A stretch of DNA of 64,000 nt, from positions 15,679 through 79,678 of the forward strand of contig JAQWOT010000186.1 in the NCBI GenBank assembly GCA_029245725.1. The letters are read 5' to 3'. The notes under the pieces are model-generated. The model did not search any database and was not told the origin of the DNA. It saw only the letters and a program-made list of their open reading frames with translations. This DNA is from SAR324 cluster bacterium (GTDB lineage Bacteria; SAR324; NAC60-12). The translations under genes and the position numbers were made by a program. Positions within the stretch are counted from its first letter, which is position 1. Each line of letters begins with the position of its first letter. Positions 9,813 through 19,371 of this stretch are shown here, one piece after another.

Positions 9813-11114
9813 TCAGAAATTCTGCTGATACCAAGGAAACCAATTCTTTGGTGGCAGTTGAGTAGATCCTAAAGCCTCCCCAATCCTCAAAGCCTCATTC
9901 CACTTCGCCATCCGTTCTGAGCGTGAGAATGAACCGACCTTCAATTGAGCGGCTCCCCAACCTACAGCCAGGTGCACAATCGCTACATCTTCGGTCTCTC
10001 CAGAACGAGCCGAGACAACGGCTTGCCATCCTGCAGCATGCGCAGCATCCAAGGCGGCCTTGGTTTCAGTCAGAGTTCCAGCTTGATTCGGCTTGACCAG
10101 CAAGGCATTACAGGATTGATGGGTTGCAGCTTGCTGAACCCGGCTGGCATTGGTCACCAGAAAGTCATCACCAATGACTTGAACAGGACGTCCCAGAGCC
10201 GGAAGTACCGCTTTCCAGTCATCATCTTCAGCAAGGGGATCTTCCAAGGAGATGATCGGGTAGTGTTTCAGCCAGTTCTTCAGGAGCTCCAGCATCTCTA
10301 TACGATTCAGCACACGTTGATCTCGGCTGAGACGATAGCTGCCTGATTGCCCAAATTCAGAAGCAGCCACATCCAGAGAAATCGCTAAGTCTTGACCTGG
10401 TTTGAAGCCTGCAACTTCAATGGCTCTGACACTCCACGCCAGTGCTTCTTCATTGCTAGAAAACTGGGGCCACCAACCACCTTCATCAGCTACACCAGCC
10501 AAGAGCCCACTTTCACGTAATAGCTCACCAGCTGTACGGTATACTTCGGCCGTCCATTCCAATGCTTCGCCAAAAGTTTGGGCACCTACCGCAATCAGCA
10601 TGAAATCCTGAATGTCAATTCGTCCAGCTGCATGTGCACCACCACCAAACAGCTGAATTTCAGGTAAAGGTAGGTAGGCTGGGATGCCTGTACAGAGTGA
10701 CTGCCAGAGTGGTTGCTGCTGATGGGCTGCTTGAGCTTGGGCGAATGCTAAGGAAGTGGCTATGAGACTATTTCCACCAAGTCGCGATTTGTTAGGGGTT
10801 CCATCAAGCTCAATTAATTCTTGATCTAGTTTGGCCTGGCTAGTGAAGTACTTCCCCTGCAGATTTTCGGCAATTTCTCCGTTTAGTAGACTGAGTGCGT
10901 TACGCACACCAAAGCCACCTAGTGCTGAACCTCCATCACGCAAGTCAACAGCTTCAGCCGAACCCCTAGATGCTCCAGCTGGGGCAACGCCTCGACCAAA
11001 AGAACCGTCTGACAACCACAAATCCACTTCGACTGTCGGTCTACCGCGGGAATCCCATACTTGGCGACCGTGCAATTTGGCGATAGTGGTGTCTAGGCCC
11101 ATACGTTTCTCCAA
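9813..11114 (-). CDS. eno: Enolase
   Basis: DSRGRPTVEVD N-terminal signature and a length of 433 aa. An alternative start at 11102 (MGLDTT...) aligns better with E. coli Eno. Confidence 0.95.
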   Translation of the reverse strand: MEKRMGLDTTIAKLHGRQVWDSRGRPTVEVDLWLSDGSFGRGVAPAGASRGSAEAVDLRDGGSALGGFGVRNALSLLNGEIAENLQGKYFTSQAKLDQELIELDGTPNKSRLGGNSLIATSLAFAQAQAAHQQQPLWQSLCTGIPAYLPLPEIQLFGGGAHAAGRIDIQDFMLIAVGAQTFGEALEWTAEVYRTAGELLRESGLLAGVADEGGWWPQFSSNEEALAWSVRAIEVAGFKPGQDLAISLDVAASEFGQSGSYRLSRDQRVLNRIEMLELLKNWLKHYPIISLEDPLAEDDDWKAVLPALGRPVQVIGDDFLVTNASRVQQAATHQSCNALLVKPNQAGTLTETKAALDAAHAAGWQAVVSARSGETEDVAIVHLAVGWGAAQLKVGSFSRSERMAKWNEALRIGEALGSTQLPPKNWFPWYQQNF

Positions 11115-12094
11115 GCGTTACAAATGTCAGCTAAATTTCTGGGAGCTTTTCGAAGGAGAGGAAAAGCAACACTGTGAACTAACTCTCGATGTGCCTCTGT
11201 TTGTAGATACTCGACAGGCGATTTACCATCAACCCTAGCTAACAGTAAGCCAGGTAGCAATGCGGCAGTTCGGGTCTCAAGCTCTGCGGGTGATTCCCAG
11301 TCCACTTGCTCTAGATAGGTTTGTTGCAACATTGTAAAGCTTTCCTGCAGAATCGGCAGACGATCAGGCTGGACAATGGTTTTCAGCAGCAGGTGATTCA
11401 GACAGAACGCCAAGTCAAAAGCTGGATCGCCGTACCAAGCACATTCTGCATCCAGAAAGACAGGTCCTTGAGGTCCCTCCAGAATATTTTTGGGGCTGAC
11501 ATCTCCATGAACAAGTGTGAGTTTTTGATGAGCAGTTTTGTCTGCAAGGCTCTGTAGAATAGTAGTGAATTCGGAATGACGAAGGGCTGTTGCTCGCAGG
11601 TAGGGTTCCAGTCGGAGTTGTTCAAAATTGGAACCTGTTGCAAAAGCATCAGCAAGGTCTGAACGGTGAGCTGTGGCTGAATGAATTTTTCCAAGCCGTT
11701 CTCCTACTTGGGCTGCAAACGTAGGTTTGATCCGCCCTTCCAGTAATTCGGTTTTCCAAAGGGGATGCTGTTCAGGATCCAGATATTCCATGGCGAACAG
11801 GAGAGCAGCATCGTCTGCCGCCAAAACTTGAGGAGCACTGCCAGGAACAATCTGATGAGCTAGTTGATACCAGTGGTGTTCGTATCGATTACGATCCAGT
11901 GGTGCAAACCAATCTTGAGCTACCTTCAGCTTGGGCAAGGCCCGTTTGACGCAGAAGCGTCGTTGTTTCGTTTCCAGGAGCCAGATGTCTGAAGAAACAC
12001 CACCGGTCAGGGGTGTGGCCTGGAAATCTTGCCCAATTTGGAGTAGCCCCAAAATTTCAAGGGAACTTCTCAAGTCCGTTGGTAGCATCTCCAC
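11093..12094 (-). CDS. Aminoglycoside-phosphotransferase (APH)/protein-kinase-like fold phosphotransferase
   Basis: Catalytic-loop motif HGDVSPKNIL and a DFG-like segment LDAECAWYGDPAFDLA. The 3' end overlaps the eno start. Confidence 0.65.
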   Translation of the reverse strand: MEMLPTDLRSSLEILGLLQIGQDFQATPLTGGVSSDIWLLETKQRRFCVKRALPKLKVAQDWFAPLDRNRYEHHWYQLAHQIVPGSAPQVLAADDAALLFAMEYLDPEQHPLWKTELLEGRIKPTFAAQVGERLGKIHSATAHRSDLADAFATGSNFEQLRLEPYLRATALRHSEFTTILQSLADKTAHQKLTLVHGDVSPKNILEGPQGPVFLDAECAWYGDPAFDLAFCLNHLLLKTIVQPDRLPILQESFTMLQQTYLEQVDWESPAELETRTAALLPGLLLARVDGKSPVEYLQTEAHRELVHSVAFPLLRKAPRNLADICNAWRNVWA

Positions 12095-12119
12095 TCTGGG
12101 GGCGTTGGTTAGGAGGGCT

Positions 12120-13109
12120 TTAGTTGACTTTGTTCAAAGGGAAGGTTTTGTCGTAAACTCGCTGCTTTTTCGCATTCCAAGCCACCACTCGTAGTAGGGA
12201 ACTCTTGTCCCAATTTTTAAACTCTGCCCGAACGTTCTTGAAATTCCGGATGGCAAAAGGATCAGCAAAATGGTCTGTGATTTTTACTGGAGTAACTGCA
12301 TCATCAGCAGACACTAGGAAGGTCTGTAGGAACCCAGTCTGACGCTTGCGATCACGGTTGCTCAGTTGGAAGCGAATATTGAGCTGTCCGTTGCGGTTGT
12401 TGAGTTGTATTTTCTCTATAGCTATGGGACTTGGGCCAGCAAGTGCTGGTGAACGGGTAGTTGGAGTTGAGACCAAGGTTTGTGTTGGTTTTTCAACAAT
12501 CTTGGGAATGGCTGCCAGTTGCTTTTGTAAACTGAGGATCTGCTTCTGTAGTACAGCACCCTGTGTCTGCTGCTGTACTAGCTCTTCATTTAGGGAAGTC
12601 AGGTTGTCCTGCAAAATAGTACGCTGAATCTCCAGTTGTTGATGGCTCTCTTGCAGTGAGGCATAACGAGCGATTTCATCTGTGAGTTGAACGTCCAACT
12701 CAATCAGCTGGACCTGCTGATCATTGGTTTCTGACTGCAGTTGCTCGATACGCAATTGCTGAGCTTCGATGGTTTCCTGCTGTCGCTGGTTTTTCTGGAG
12801 CAGTTCTTCGGGATCAGGGCCATTGCTGTAAATCGCTTGTCGCATCTCCAGAGTTCCCCGATCCACCACACGCTCCCGCAGATCTTCAATCACGCTCCGC
12901 ATTTTTTCGTTGCGCTCATTCTCTGTGGCATAACGTTCCTCCCAGCCTCCAACGACCTGCAGATGCCAGATGCTTTGGTAGAGCAGAGCTGCTGCCAGCC
13001 CGATCAGCAATAGGACAGTCGAGGTGAGGATCAGCTTGAGTGTCTTTGCGCGAATCTGCCAGGTTCGGTTGGTACCGACAATGTAGATGGAGGTATCGGG
13101 TGTGCTCAC
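12120..13109 (-). CDS. Membrane-anchored coiled-coil protein of unknown function, directly downstream of mreB
   Basis: One N-terminal transmembrane helix, about 170 aa of Q/E/L-rich coiled coil, and a C-terminal beta-rich domain. It lacks MreC sequence motifs. Confidence 0.45.
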   Translation of the reverse strand: MSTPDTSIYIVGTNRTWQIRAKTLKLILTSTVLLLIGLAAALLYQSIWHLQVVGGWEERYATENERNEKMRSVIEDLRERVVDRGTLEMRQAIYSNGPDPEELLQKNQRQQETIEAQQLRIEQLQSETNDQQVQLIELDVQLTDEIARYASLQESHQQLEIQRTILQDNLTSLNEELVQQQTQGAVLQKQILSLQKQLAAIPKIVEKPTQTLVSTPTTRSPALAGPSPIAIEKIQLNNRNGQLNIRFQLSNRDRKRQTGFLQTFLVSADDAVTPVKITDHFADPFAIRNFKNVRAEFKNWDKSSLLRVVAWNAKKQRVYDKTFPLNKVN

Positions 13110-13150
13110 AAAATCTCCTTGCAGAAAGAGCGGACAACGCCAGGATTCAT

Positions 13151-14194
13151 TCAGTCGAGAGCGATGGAGGCCAGCAGTTCCATCTGATCAAGCATTGCAC
13201 CGGTTCCCTTGACCACTGCATCCAAAGGATCCTCAGCATAGAAGACGGGCAATCCTGTTCGTTCGCGGAGCAGGACATCCATGCCATGAAGCAGTGAACC
13301 TCCACCAGCTAGCACGATGCCTTTTTCGATGATGTCAGCCGCCAATTCTGGTGGTGTCTGCTCCAGCGCAACCCGGATTGCATGGACGATGCTATCGCAG
13401 ATTTCTTTGAGACAGAAGCGGATTTCTTCGTCATTGACCAGCAGAACCTTCGGGTTGCCACCAACTTGATCCCGTCCCTTGACTTCTAACTGTAGCGGTT
13501 GGGAACGTGGAGCAGCAGAGCCAATGTTGAGCTTGAGTTCTTCTGCGGTTCGTTCACCAATCAGTAGATTGTACTTCTGTTTCAGGTACTGAACAATAGC
13601 CTCATCCATCTTGTCACCAGCCATGCGTAGCGAACTACTGTAAACGATTCCGGCCATCGAGAGAACGGCAACTTCAGTCGTACCACCACCAATGTCAACA
13701 ACGAAGTTCCCGCTAGGTTCAGCAATCGGCAGTCCTGCACCGATAGCCGCTGCCATTGGCTCCTCAATCAGGAATACCTCACGGGCTCCTGCAGAGAGAG
13801 CAGATTCACGCACAGCCCGTTTTTCGACTTGGGTGATGCCAGAAGGGACTGCGATAACAATACGTGGTTTGAAGCGCAGGAATCCCTGGCGCTGCTGCAC
13901 ATGTTGAATAAAATGACGCAGCATCTGCTCAGCCACATCAAAGTCGGAGATGACCCCGTCTTTCAGCGGCCGGATCGCCATGATCGTGTCTGGTGTCTTA
14001 CCAACCATTTCCTTGGCTTCACGTCCAACGGCCAACACCTTGAGAGCCCCTCGTTGATCTCGCTTGACAGCAACTACCGAGGGCTCACGAATGACAATCC
14101 CAGCTTCACGCAAAAAAACCAAGGTATTGGCAGTACCAAGATCAATAGTGAGATCTTCTGCAAACCAATTTGAGAGCTTTTTCCGTCCAAACAT
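13151..14194 (-). CDS. mreB: Rod-shape determining actin homolog MreB
   Basis: N-terminal DLTIDLGTANTLVF, the phosphate-2 motif VVDIGGGTTEVAV, and a length of 347 aa. Confidence 0.95.
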   Translation of the reverse strand: MFGRKKLSNWFAEDLTIDLGTANTLVFLREAGIVIREPSVVAVKRDQRGALKVLAVGREAKEMVGKTPDTIMAIRPLKDGVISDFDVAEQMLRHFIQHVQQRQGFLRFKPRIVIAVPSGITQVEKRAVRESALSAGAREVFLIEEPMAAAIGAGLPIAEPSGNFVVDIGGGTTEVAVLSMAGIVYSSSLRMAGDKMDEAIVQYLKQKYNLLIGERTAEELKLNIGSAAPRSQPLQLEVKGRDQVGGNPKVLLVNDEEIRFCLKEICDSIVHAIRVALEQTPPELAADIIEKGIVLAGGGSLLHGMDVLLRERTGLPVFYAEDPLDAVVKGTGAMLDQMELLASIALD

Positions 14195-14248
14195 GCGTTT
14201 CTCGTCAGGGGCAGAAGTGGCAGGGACAGGAAAGGTAGATAGGGAGGG

Positions 14249-14479
14249 CTAGCTGGATTTTTGTACGATTTTTTCCCGACGGACAATGCGTCCTCGGCTC
14301 AGGTCATAGGCAGACAGTTCAATGGTAACCTCGTCTCCAGGCAAAACACGGATCTTGTGCATCTTCATCTTGCCAGAGAGATGACCAATCACCACATGCT
14401 CGTTTTCCAACTGCACACGAAAAATGCCGTTGGAGGAGTCAACCACGATGCCCTTCAGTTCCAGTTTGTCGTCGCTCAA
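14249..14479 (-). CDS. infA: Translation initiation factor IF-1
   Basis: S1-like OB-fold segment FRVQLENEHVVIGHLSGKMKMHKIRVLPGDEVTIELSAYDLSRGRIV. The apparent start codon is TTG. Confidence 0.9.
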   Translation of the reverse strand: MSDDKLELKGIVVDSSNGIFRVQLENEHVVIGHLSGKMKMHKIRVLPGDEVTIELSAYDLSRGRIVRREKIVQKSS

Positions 14480-14533
14480 ATGCCTCCATTGTTAGGGGAA
14501 AACCTGTTTGTCAGGGTAGTGCATGCCGACCTG

Positions 14534-14561
14534 AGTATAAATAGACGGCAATTTCTGACAA
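14534..14561 (-). promoter_or_regulatory. Candidate sigma70-type promoter for infA
   Basis: On the minus strand, TTGTCA, a 16-bp spacer, then TATACT, about 55 nt upstream of the infA start. Confidence 0.3.
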
Positions 14562-14704
14562 CAAAGCAGGTTCTTTGACAGTAAACCAACAAGTTTACAG
14601 CGATTTTGCACTTCCTTCAAGCGTGCACTGCAAGATTCTCCGCACTTTGGGCAAAGTCGTTGGTTGAGGAGAGAATTTTAGATCAATATAAGGTGCTTAG
14701 TTCT

Positions 14705-16564
14705 TCAGGATGTTTCATGCTGTAGTGCCCACATCTCCTGGTAGTAGCCGGGTTGTTGAAGTAGTTCCGCATGGGTTCCCTGGGCTACAATCCGCCCCTC
14801 ATCCAGAACGAGGATCCAATCTGCTTTTTCCACTGCTTTGACCCGATGGGAGACAATCAGTAAGCTCTTTGCTTGTCTGCGAGCAAAGATTTGCTGAAGT
14901 AGGTAGCGCTCAGTCTCGTAGTCCACTGCCGAGAGGACATTGTCCAGAATCAGTAGATCACAGGATGTGGCCATTGCTCGGGCCAAGCTGATTCGTTGTT
15001 TCTGGCCACCAGAAAGTAGGATACCCTTCTCACCGACAATGGTCTGTTCCTGCAGCGGGAATTTATCGACTTCCTCCTGGAGTGCAGCTTGTTGGAGCAA
15101 ACTGGGAAAATGTTCCTGCCAGTCGTCAGGCTGATCCTCAATCGCAAACGCAATATTGTTCTCTACTGTATCGGAAAAGAGGAATGGCTCCTGAGTCACT
15201 GTCCGGATGCCGTGACGTAAGTCCTGGTAGGTCAAGTGATTGATGTCGATGCTATTGAGACGAATTTGTCCGTCTTCAGCGACTAGATAGCGATTAATGC
15301 AGTTGACGAGAGTTGATTTACCGGAACCAATCCGGCCCAGGACACCAAGCGTTTGACCAGGCTTTAGGTGGAAGTTGATGTCCTGCAAAACCCAGGGTCG
15401 ATCCTCGGCGTAGCGGAATCGGAGATTACGCACAGTGAGCCCGTCCTGAAATAGGCTCTTTTGTTGTACTTCCGGAAGAGACTGGCGACCTGCAAAAGGC
15501 TCTGGTTGTTGAAGCACGGACTGGACACTGGCGAGCCCAACCATTCCTTGTTGGAACATGGTGGTAACCCAACCCAGCCCCATCAGTGGCAATGTCAGCA
15601 GTGTGGTGTAAGCAATGAATGCGGTTAATTCACCAACTGTGAACTCCTCTTCCAGCACCATCATTCCCCCAAAGAGCAGCACCACCACTTGGAGGATATT
15701 GGCTAGGTTCATCAGTACGGGCATGATGAAAGAGCGAATCCAGGCGATGTTCAAGGAGCGCTCCGTCAGGTTTCGATTATCTTTGTCAAAGCGCTCCTGG
15801 CTCCAAGCCCCAAGATTATTGCTACGGATCACATCAATTCCATTCAAGGAAGCTACTGTGAAGCCAGAGAGATTCTGAAGATCCGTTTGCCGTGTCCGCA
15901 TGTTGTTAACCAAAAAGCGCATACCAATCCGGACGATGGAGAAGACAATCAGGATCGGAATGACGCAGTAGAGCGTTAGTCGTGGTGAAAGCTGGAACAT
16001 CATCAGAGGAGTCAGCGAGAGTGCGCTGGCAATATTGAAGACCTGCATGAAACCAAAGCCACAGATCATACGAATTCCATGGATATCGTTGTTGACTCGA
16101 GAAATGATCGTACCGCTGGGATTCTTATCGTAGTAGTCCCGTTGTAGTTGCATCAGCTTGGTGAACATGTCGTTCTTCACCTGGCACTCAATCGCACGCC
16201 CGGGATTGAAGAAGAGTAGGCGTGACAGTGTGCGAATGAAAACCATGCTGACCGCAAGTATGAGCATGATCCAAAGGTATTCATTGAGTAGATCGTATTG
16301 CCCATTTAGATCGCTTGAAAGCAGGTCGATACTAAGTTGAACATATTCTGGAATGCTGACCGCCAGCCAATTGGTGAGGAAAGTGGTGAAGATGCCGATT
16401 GTGTAGGAAGCCCAGTGCTGTCGGAGGTAATGGACCAGCAGAAGGTACTTGTTGTGCACCCAGTCGCTGTCCAGCACGGAAGCGGTGGAAGTGCCTCCAC
16501 GCTCATTGAGTGTGTTGGAGGGAATTAGCGTGCGGACCAGGCGTCCAAGGGTTGCTTGCATCAA
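14705..16564 (-). CDS. ABC exporter, fused permease/ATPase (MsbA-like half transporter)
   Basis: Six-helix N-terminal membrane domain plus a nucleotide-binding domain with Walker A GRIGSGKST, signature LSGGQKQR and Walker B LLILDN. Confidence 0.9.
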   Translation of the reverse strand: MMQATLGRLVRTLIPSNTLNERGGTSTASVLDSDWVHNKYLLLVHYLRQHWASYTIGIFTTFLTNWLAVSIPEYVQLSIDLLSSDLNGQYDLLNEYLWIMLILAVSMVFIRTLSRLLFFNPGRAIECQVKNDMFTKLMQLQRDYYDKNPSGTIISRVNNDIHGIRMICGFGFMQVFNIASALSLTPLMMFQLSPRLTLYCVIPILIVFSIVRIGMRFLVNNMRTRQTDLQNLSGFTVASLNGIDVIRSNNLGAWSQERFDKDNRNLTERSLNIAWIRSFIMPVLMNLANILQVVVLLFGGMMVLEEEFTVGELTAFIAYTTLLTLPLMGLGWVTTMFQQGMVGLASVQSVLQQPEPFAGRQSLPEVQQKSLFQDGLTVRNLRFRYAEDRPWVLQDINFHLKPGQTLGVLGRIGSGKSTLVNCINRYLVAEDGQIRLNSIDINHLTYQDLRHGIRTVTQEPFLFSDTVENNIAFAIEDQPDDWQEHFPSLLQQAALQEEVDKFPLQEQTIVGEKGILLSGGQKQRISLARAMATSCDLLILDNVLSAVDYETERYLLQQIFARRQAKSLLIVSHRVKAVEKADWILVLDEGRIVAQGTHAELLQQPGYYQEMWALQHETS

Positions 16565-16677
16565 GTTTCTTTTAGAGATGGGAAAGAGTCAGTTGGAAGC
16601 AATTTTACCTTTTAGTTTAAAAAGGCTAACATCGGAAAGATTGTAAAAACCAGCCAGAACTCGTTGCACCAAGCCTT

Positions 16678-17769
16678 ATGACTGACCCTCTGCTCCCTCT
16701 TTTGGAACAATTGGCGGCTCACCACTTACCTTCATTATTTGCTCCGCCTGTTGCCCTGCGTGGTGATGGGTCAGATCGACAGATTTATCGATTCTCTGCG
16801 GGAAACGGACGTTCATGGATTGGTGTTACCAATCCAGCCCAGGACGAAAACCGAGCTTTTTTGACAATGTCCCGTCACTTTCGAAAGCAGGGCATCTCTG
16901 TCCCTGAAATTTATGCGGAAGATCGGCAGCAACTGGTCTACCTGCTTGAGGACCTGGGTGATCAGACACTAGCCGACTGGCTGACGAATCTGGATCCGAG
17001 TGTGTCCGAAGCTGCCGTGCGCATCCGAGAGGTCTACCAAGAGGCGCTCGAGGTGCTAATCCAAATGCAAACCAAGGGAATAGTTGGCTTTGATCGCAGC
17101 TGGTGCCACGCTGCTCCTGAATCGAACACAGCACTCTTCCAAGCGGACCTCCAATACTTTCGTCAAAGATTCTGGGAAGCCTTTGTACCCAATAGTCCTG
17201 TTACTGTAACTCTGAGCGAAGAACTATCGACGCTGGCTGAAACTGTGGGTAGGCTGCCAAGAACGGTGTTTGTCTCACGTGACTTTCAATCCCGTAACTT
17301 GATGTGGCATTGTGATCAATTATATATGATCGATTACCAGTCGGGTGGAATTGGAGCACCACATTATGACCTAGCTGCCCTACTTCACGCTTCCAAGGCT
17401 GGATTGAATGAAGCGCTACGTGAGCAACTCCGAGACGACTACCAGGAACTTGGTGTACAGCATCGCCTAATTGATCCGAAGTATTTTACCAGCGAACTGG
17501 AGCAGTTTGTTCTGCTACGTCGATTGCGCTCCTTGGGTACTTATGGATACCTTTCAGCTATCAAGGGTAAGTGGTACTTTCTTGATTCCATCCCTGGGAC
17601 TATTCGAGATGTTCACAGAATGCTGCACGAACGTCCGGCACTACATCAATGGACTGCCCTGCGTACCTTGTTTGAGGAATGGCAGAATCGCGATGAACTG
17701 CAAGATCGCGACTGGCTACAACAACAAGCACAAATGATCACCTCCCAAAACCTAAAGGAAAAACCCTAG
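16678..17769 (+). CDS. APH/protein-kinase-like fold phosphotransferase (second paralog; AmgK/CotS-like)
   Basis: Catalytic loop SRDFQSRNLMW and an IDYQSGG (DFG-equivalent) segment. It is divergent from the ABC exporter gene. Confidence 0.65.
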   Translation: MTDPLLPLLEQLAAHHLPSLFAPPVALRGDGSDRQIYRFSAGNGRSWIGVTNPAQDENRAFLTMSRHFRKQGISVPEIYAEDRQQLVYLLEDLGDQTLADWLTNLDPSVSEAAVRIREVYQEALEVLIQMQTKGIVGFDRSWCHAAPESNTALFQADLQYFRQRFWEAFVPNSPVTVTLSEELSTLAETVGRLPRTVFVSRDFQSRNLMWHCDQLYMIDYQSGGIGAPHYDLAALLHASKAGLNEALREQLRDDYQELGVQHRLIDPKYFTSELEQFVLLRRLRSLGTYGYLSAIKGKWYFLDSIPGTIRDVHRMLHERPALHQWTALRTLFEEWQNRDELQDRDWLQQQAQMITSQNLKEKP

Positions 17770-17770
17770 C

Positions 17771-18241
17771 ATGCCTCCAGCTGAAAACGACAAGCCGCTC
17801 TCTTTTGTCGAGAATCGCAACCTGCGAGAGCATCCGACAGAAACTAACGCTCCCGCCTTCCGGCCAGATCCCCTGTCTGTGGATCGCAGTGAAGCACTGG
17901 AGGCGATGAATCATCATGCACAGGAGCAGATTGATCGACTTCAGGAACAAGCCCAATTATTGCTTCGGCAGGCCCAGGAGATTGAAGCACGTGTGCGACT
18001 CGCAGAACAGATCGCCAAGGCGCAGTATCGGTTCACACCAGTGTTGCTGCAACCCTACCATCTCTACGAAGCTGCCCAATCCAATAGCCATGTTCTCAGC
18101 CTAATTGGCCCTGAGGAGTGGAGTAACTCCTGTCCTTATAGCTCCTATCTGGCTTGTGTGCGTCAGTTGGGAGATGGAACCTGGGAACCTCTGGAGCAGA
18201 GTGATTCATTCGAAACTTTCCAGACACTGCCCGCACCTTAG
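17771..18241 (+). CDS. Hypothetical protein (156 aa) with a central coiled coil
   Basis: The ORF starts 2 nt after the kinase stop. I recognised no domain. Confidence 0.4.
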   Translation: MPPAENDKPLSFVENRNLREHPTETNAPAFRPDPLSVDRSEALEAMNHHAQEQIDRLQEQAQLLLRQAQEIEARVRLAEQIAKAQYRFTPVLLQPYHLYEAAQSNSHVLSLIGPEEWSNSCPYSSYLACVRQLGDGTWEPLEQSDSFETFQTLPAP

Positions 18242-18298
18242 CCTAGCCCTTGCATCTATGTTGTTCAGAGATTGAACCAGCTATAAATACACGGATAA

Positions 18299-18856
18299 AT
18301 GAATCAAGAAGAACAACGCACGCTCTCGCTCTTTGAGGCTGTTGATGGCAATGAGCGCATCAGCCAGCGCCAATTGGCCCAAGAGCTTGGGCTTTCCTTG
18401 GGATTGACCAACGCCTTCCTGCAAATAGTGCTTCACAAGGGTTGGGTTCGCGCTCGTCAGGTCAGTGCACGGCGCTGGGCTTACTTCCTGACACCAGAAG
18501 GCTTCCGAGAGAAAAGCCGTTTGACGATGAATTACCTGCGGCGAACGATGCATTCATTTCAGGAACTCAAAACCCTTATCCTCCAGCATTTCACTGCACT
18601 CGAGTTGCAAGGCTGCCAGCGCATTCACTTGTGCAGTGAAGGAGATCTACGAGAAATCATTCGTCTTTGCCTGCCACTTTCCAAACTGGAATTGTCTGCC
18701 TCCACGGGTCCTGATGAGTTGCTCAAGCGACCACTACCAATTCTGGCTCGGGATGAGCGGATTTTTCTGGCTGTTCTACAAGATCAAGGGCCTTTGATCC
18801 TGCATCTGCATCAAAACGGCTGGAAGGCAGGTCAACATTTTGTCTGTCTCTACTGA
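18299..18856 (+). CDS. Winged-helix (MarR-like) DNA-binding protein with a C-terminal extension
   Basis: N-terminal ISQRQLAQELGLSLGLTNAFLQ...RRWAYFLTPEGF resembles MarR/EPS-associated winged-helix regulators. Confidence 0.45.
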   Translation: MNQEEQRTLSLFEAVDGNERISQRQLAQELGLSLGLTNAFLQIVLHKGWVRARQVSARRWAYFLTPEGFREKSRLTMNYLRRTMHSFQELKTLILQHFTALELQGCQRIHLCSEGDLREIIRLCLPLSKLELSASTGPDELLKRPLPILARDERIFLAVLQDQGPLILHLHQNGWKAGQHFVCLY

Positions 18857-18859
18857 GCA

Positions 18860-19267
18860 TTGGATTCAGACACCTCTACCTCACCTTCCCTCCACTTGGG
18901 GCTACTGAAGAAACTTCCCACTGAAGCACTGGCTGGCTGGGGTTGTGTGACCCCGTTTTGGGGTGGCAAGATGGCAGATCCCTTCTCAGCAGAGCAAGCG
19001 ACGTTTGTGGTACAGCCAGAGGATTTGGTTGCTCTTAAGCAGTGGCTGACTACAGTTGGGCTGACCAAGCTGGAACGACAGTTGAGGGTGCTCGGCATCG
19101 AAAGAGGTAGTACTGAAGTCGCTGAGGTAATGAGCCGCCAGTTTGTTCTGCAAGGGAGCCCCAAGGGTTCCCAAGACTCCCTCTTCCTGACTGCCTGGAA
19201 AGGTTCACGTTCTCAACGCAAGTTCGCCTTCTCAAGCCGCTTGTCTTCGTCTGACGAATCAAAATAA
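18860..19267 (+). CDS. Hypothetical ORF (TTG start; alternative ATG at 18971)
   Basis: ORF only, with a Ser-rich tail. It is in frame with the preceding gene across a single TGA codon. Confidence 0.25.
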   Translation: MDSDTSTSPSLHLGLLKKLPTEALAGWGCVTPFWGGKMADPFSAEQATFVVQPEDLVALKQWLTTVGLTKLERQLRVLGIERGSTEVAEVMSRQFVLQGSPKGSQDSLFLTAWKGSRSQRKFAFSSRLSSSDESK

Positions 19268-19371
19268 TCCCTGCCAGCTTGATGAGGAAGAATTGACTGT
19301 TGTTGGTATCTTCCTTACCGTTCCCTTCTATTTTTCAAATAGTTGCTTGTTACTTTCTGTAAGAAATAATT

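Noticed and set aside
12120-13109. Annotating the gene downstream of mreB as mreC
   Set aside because: It has no MreC sequence signature and a long Q/E coiled coil instead. It is reported as an unknown coiled-coil protein.
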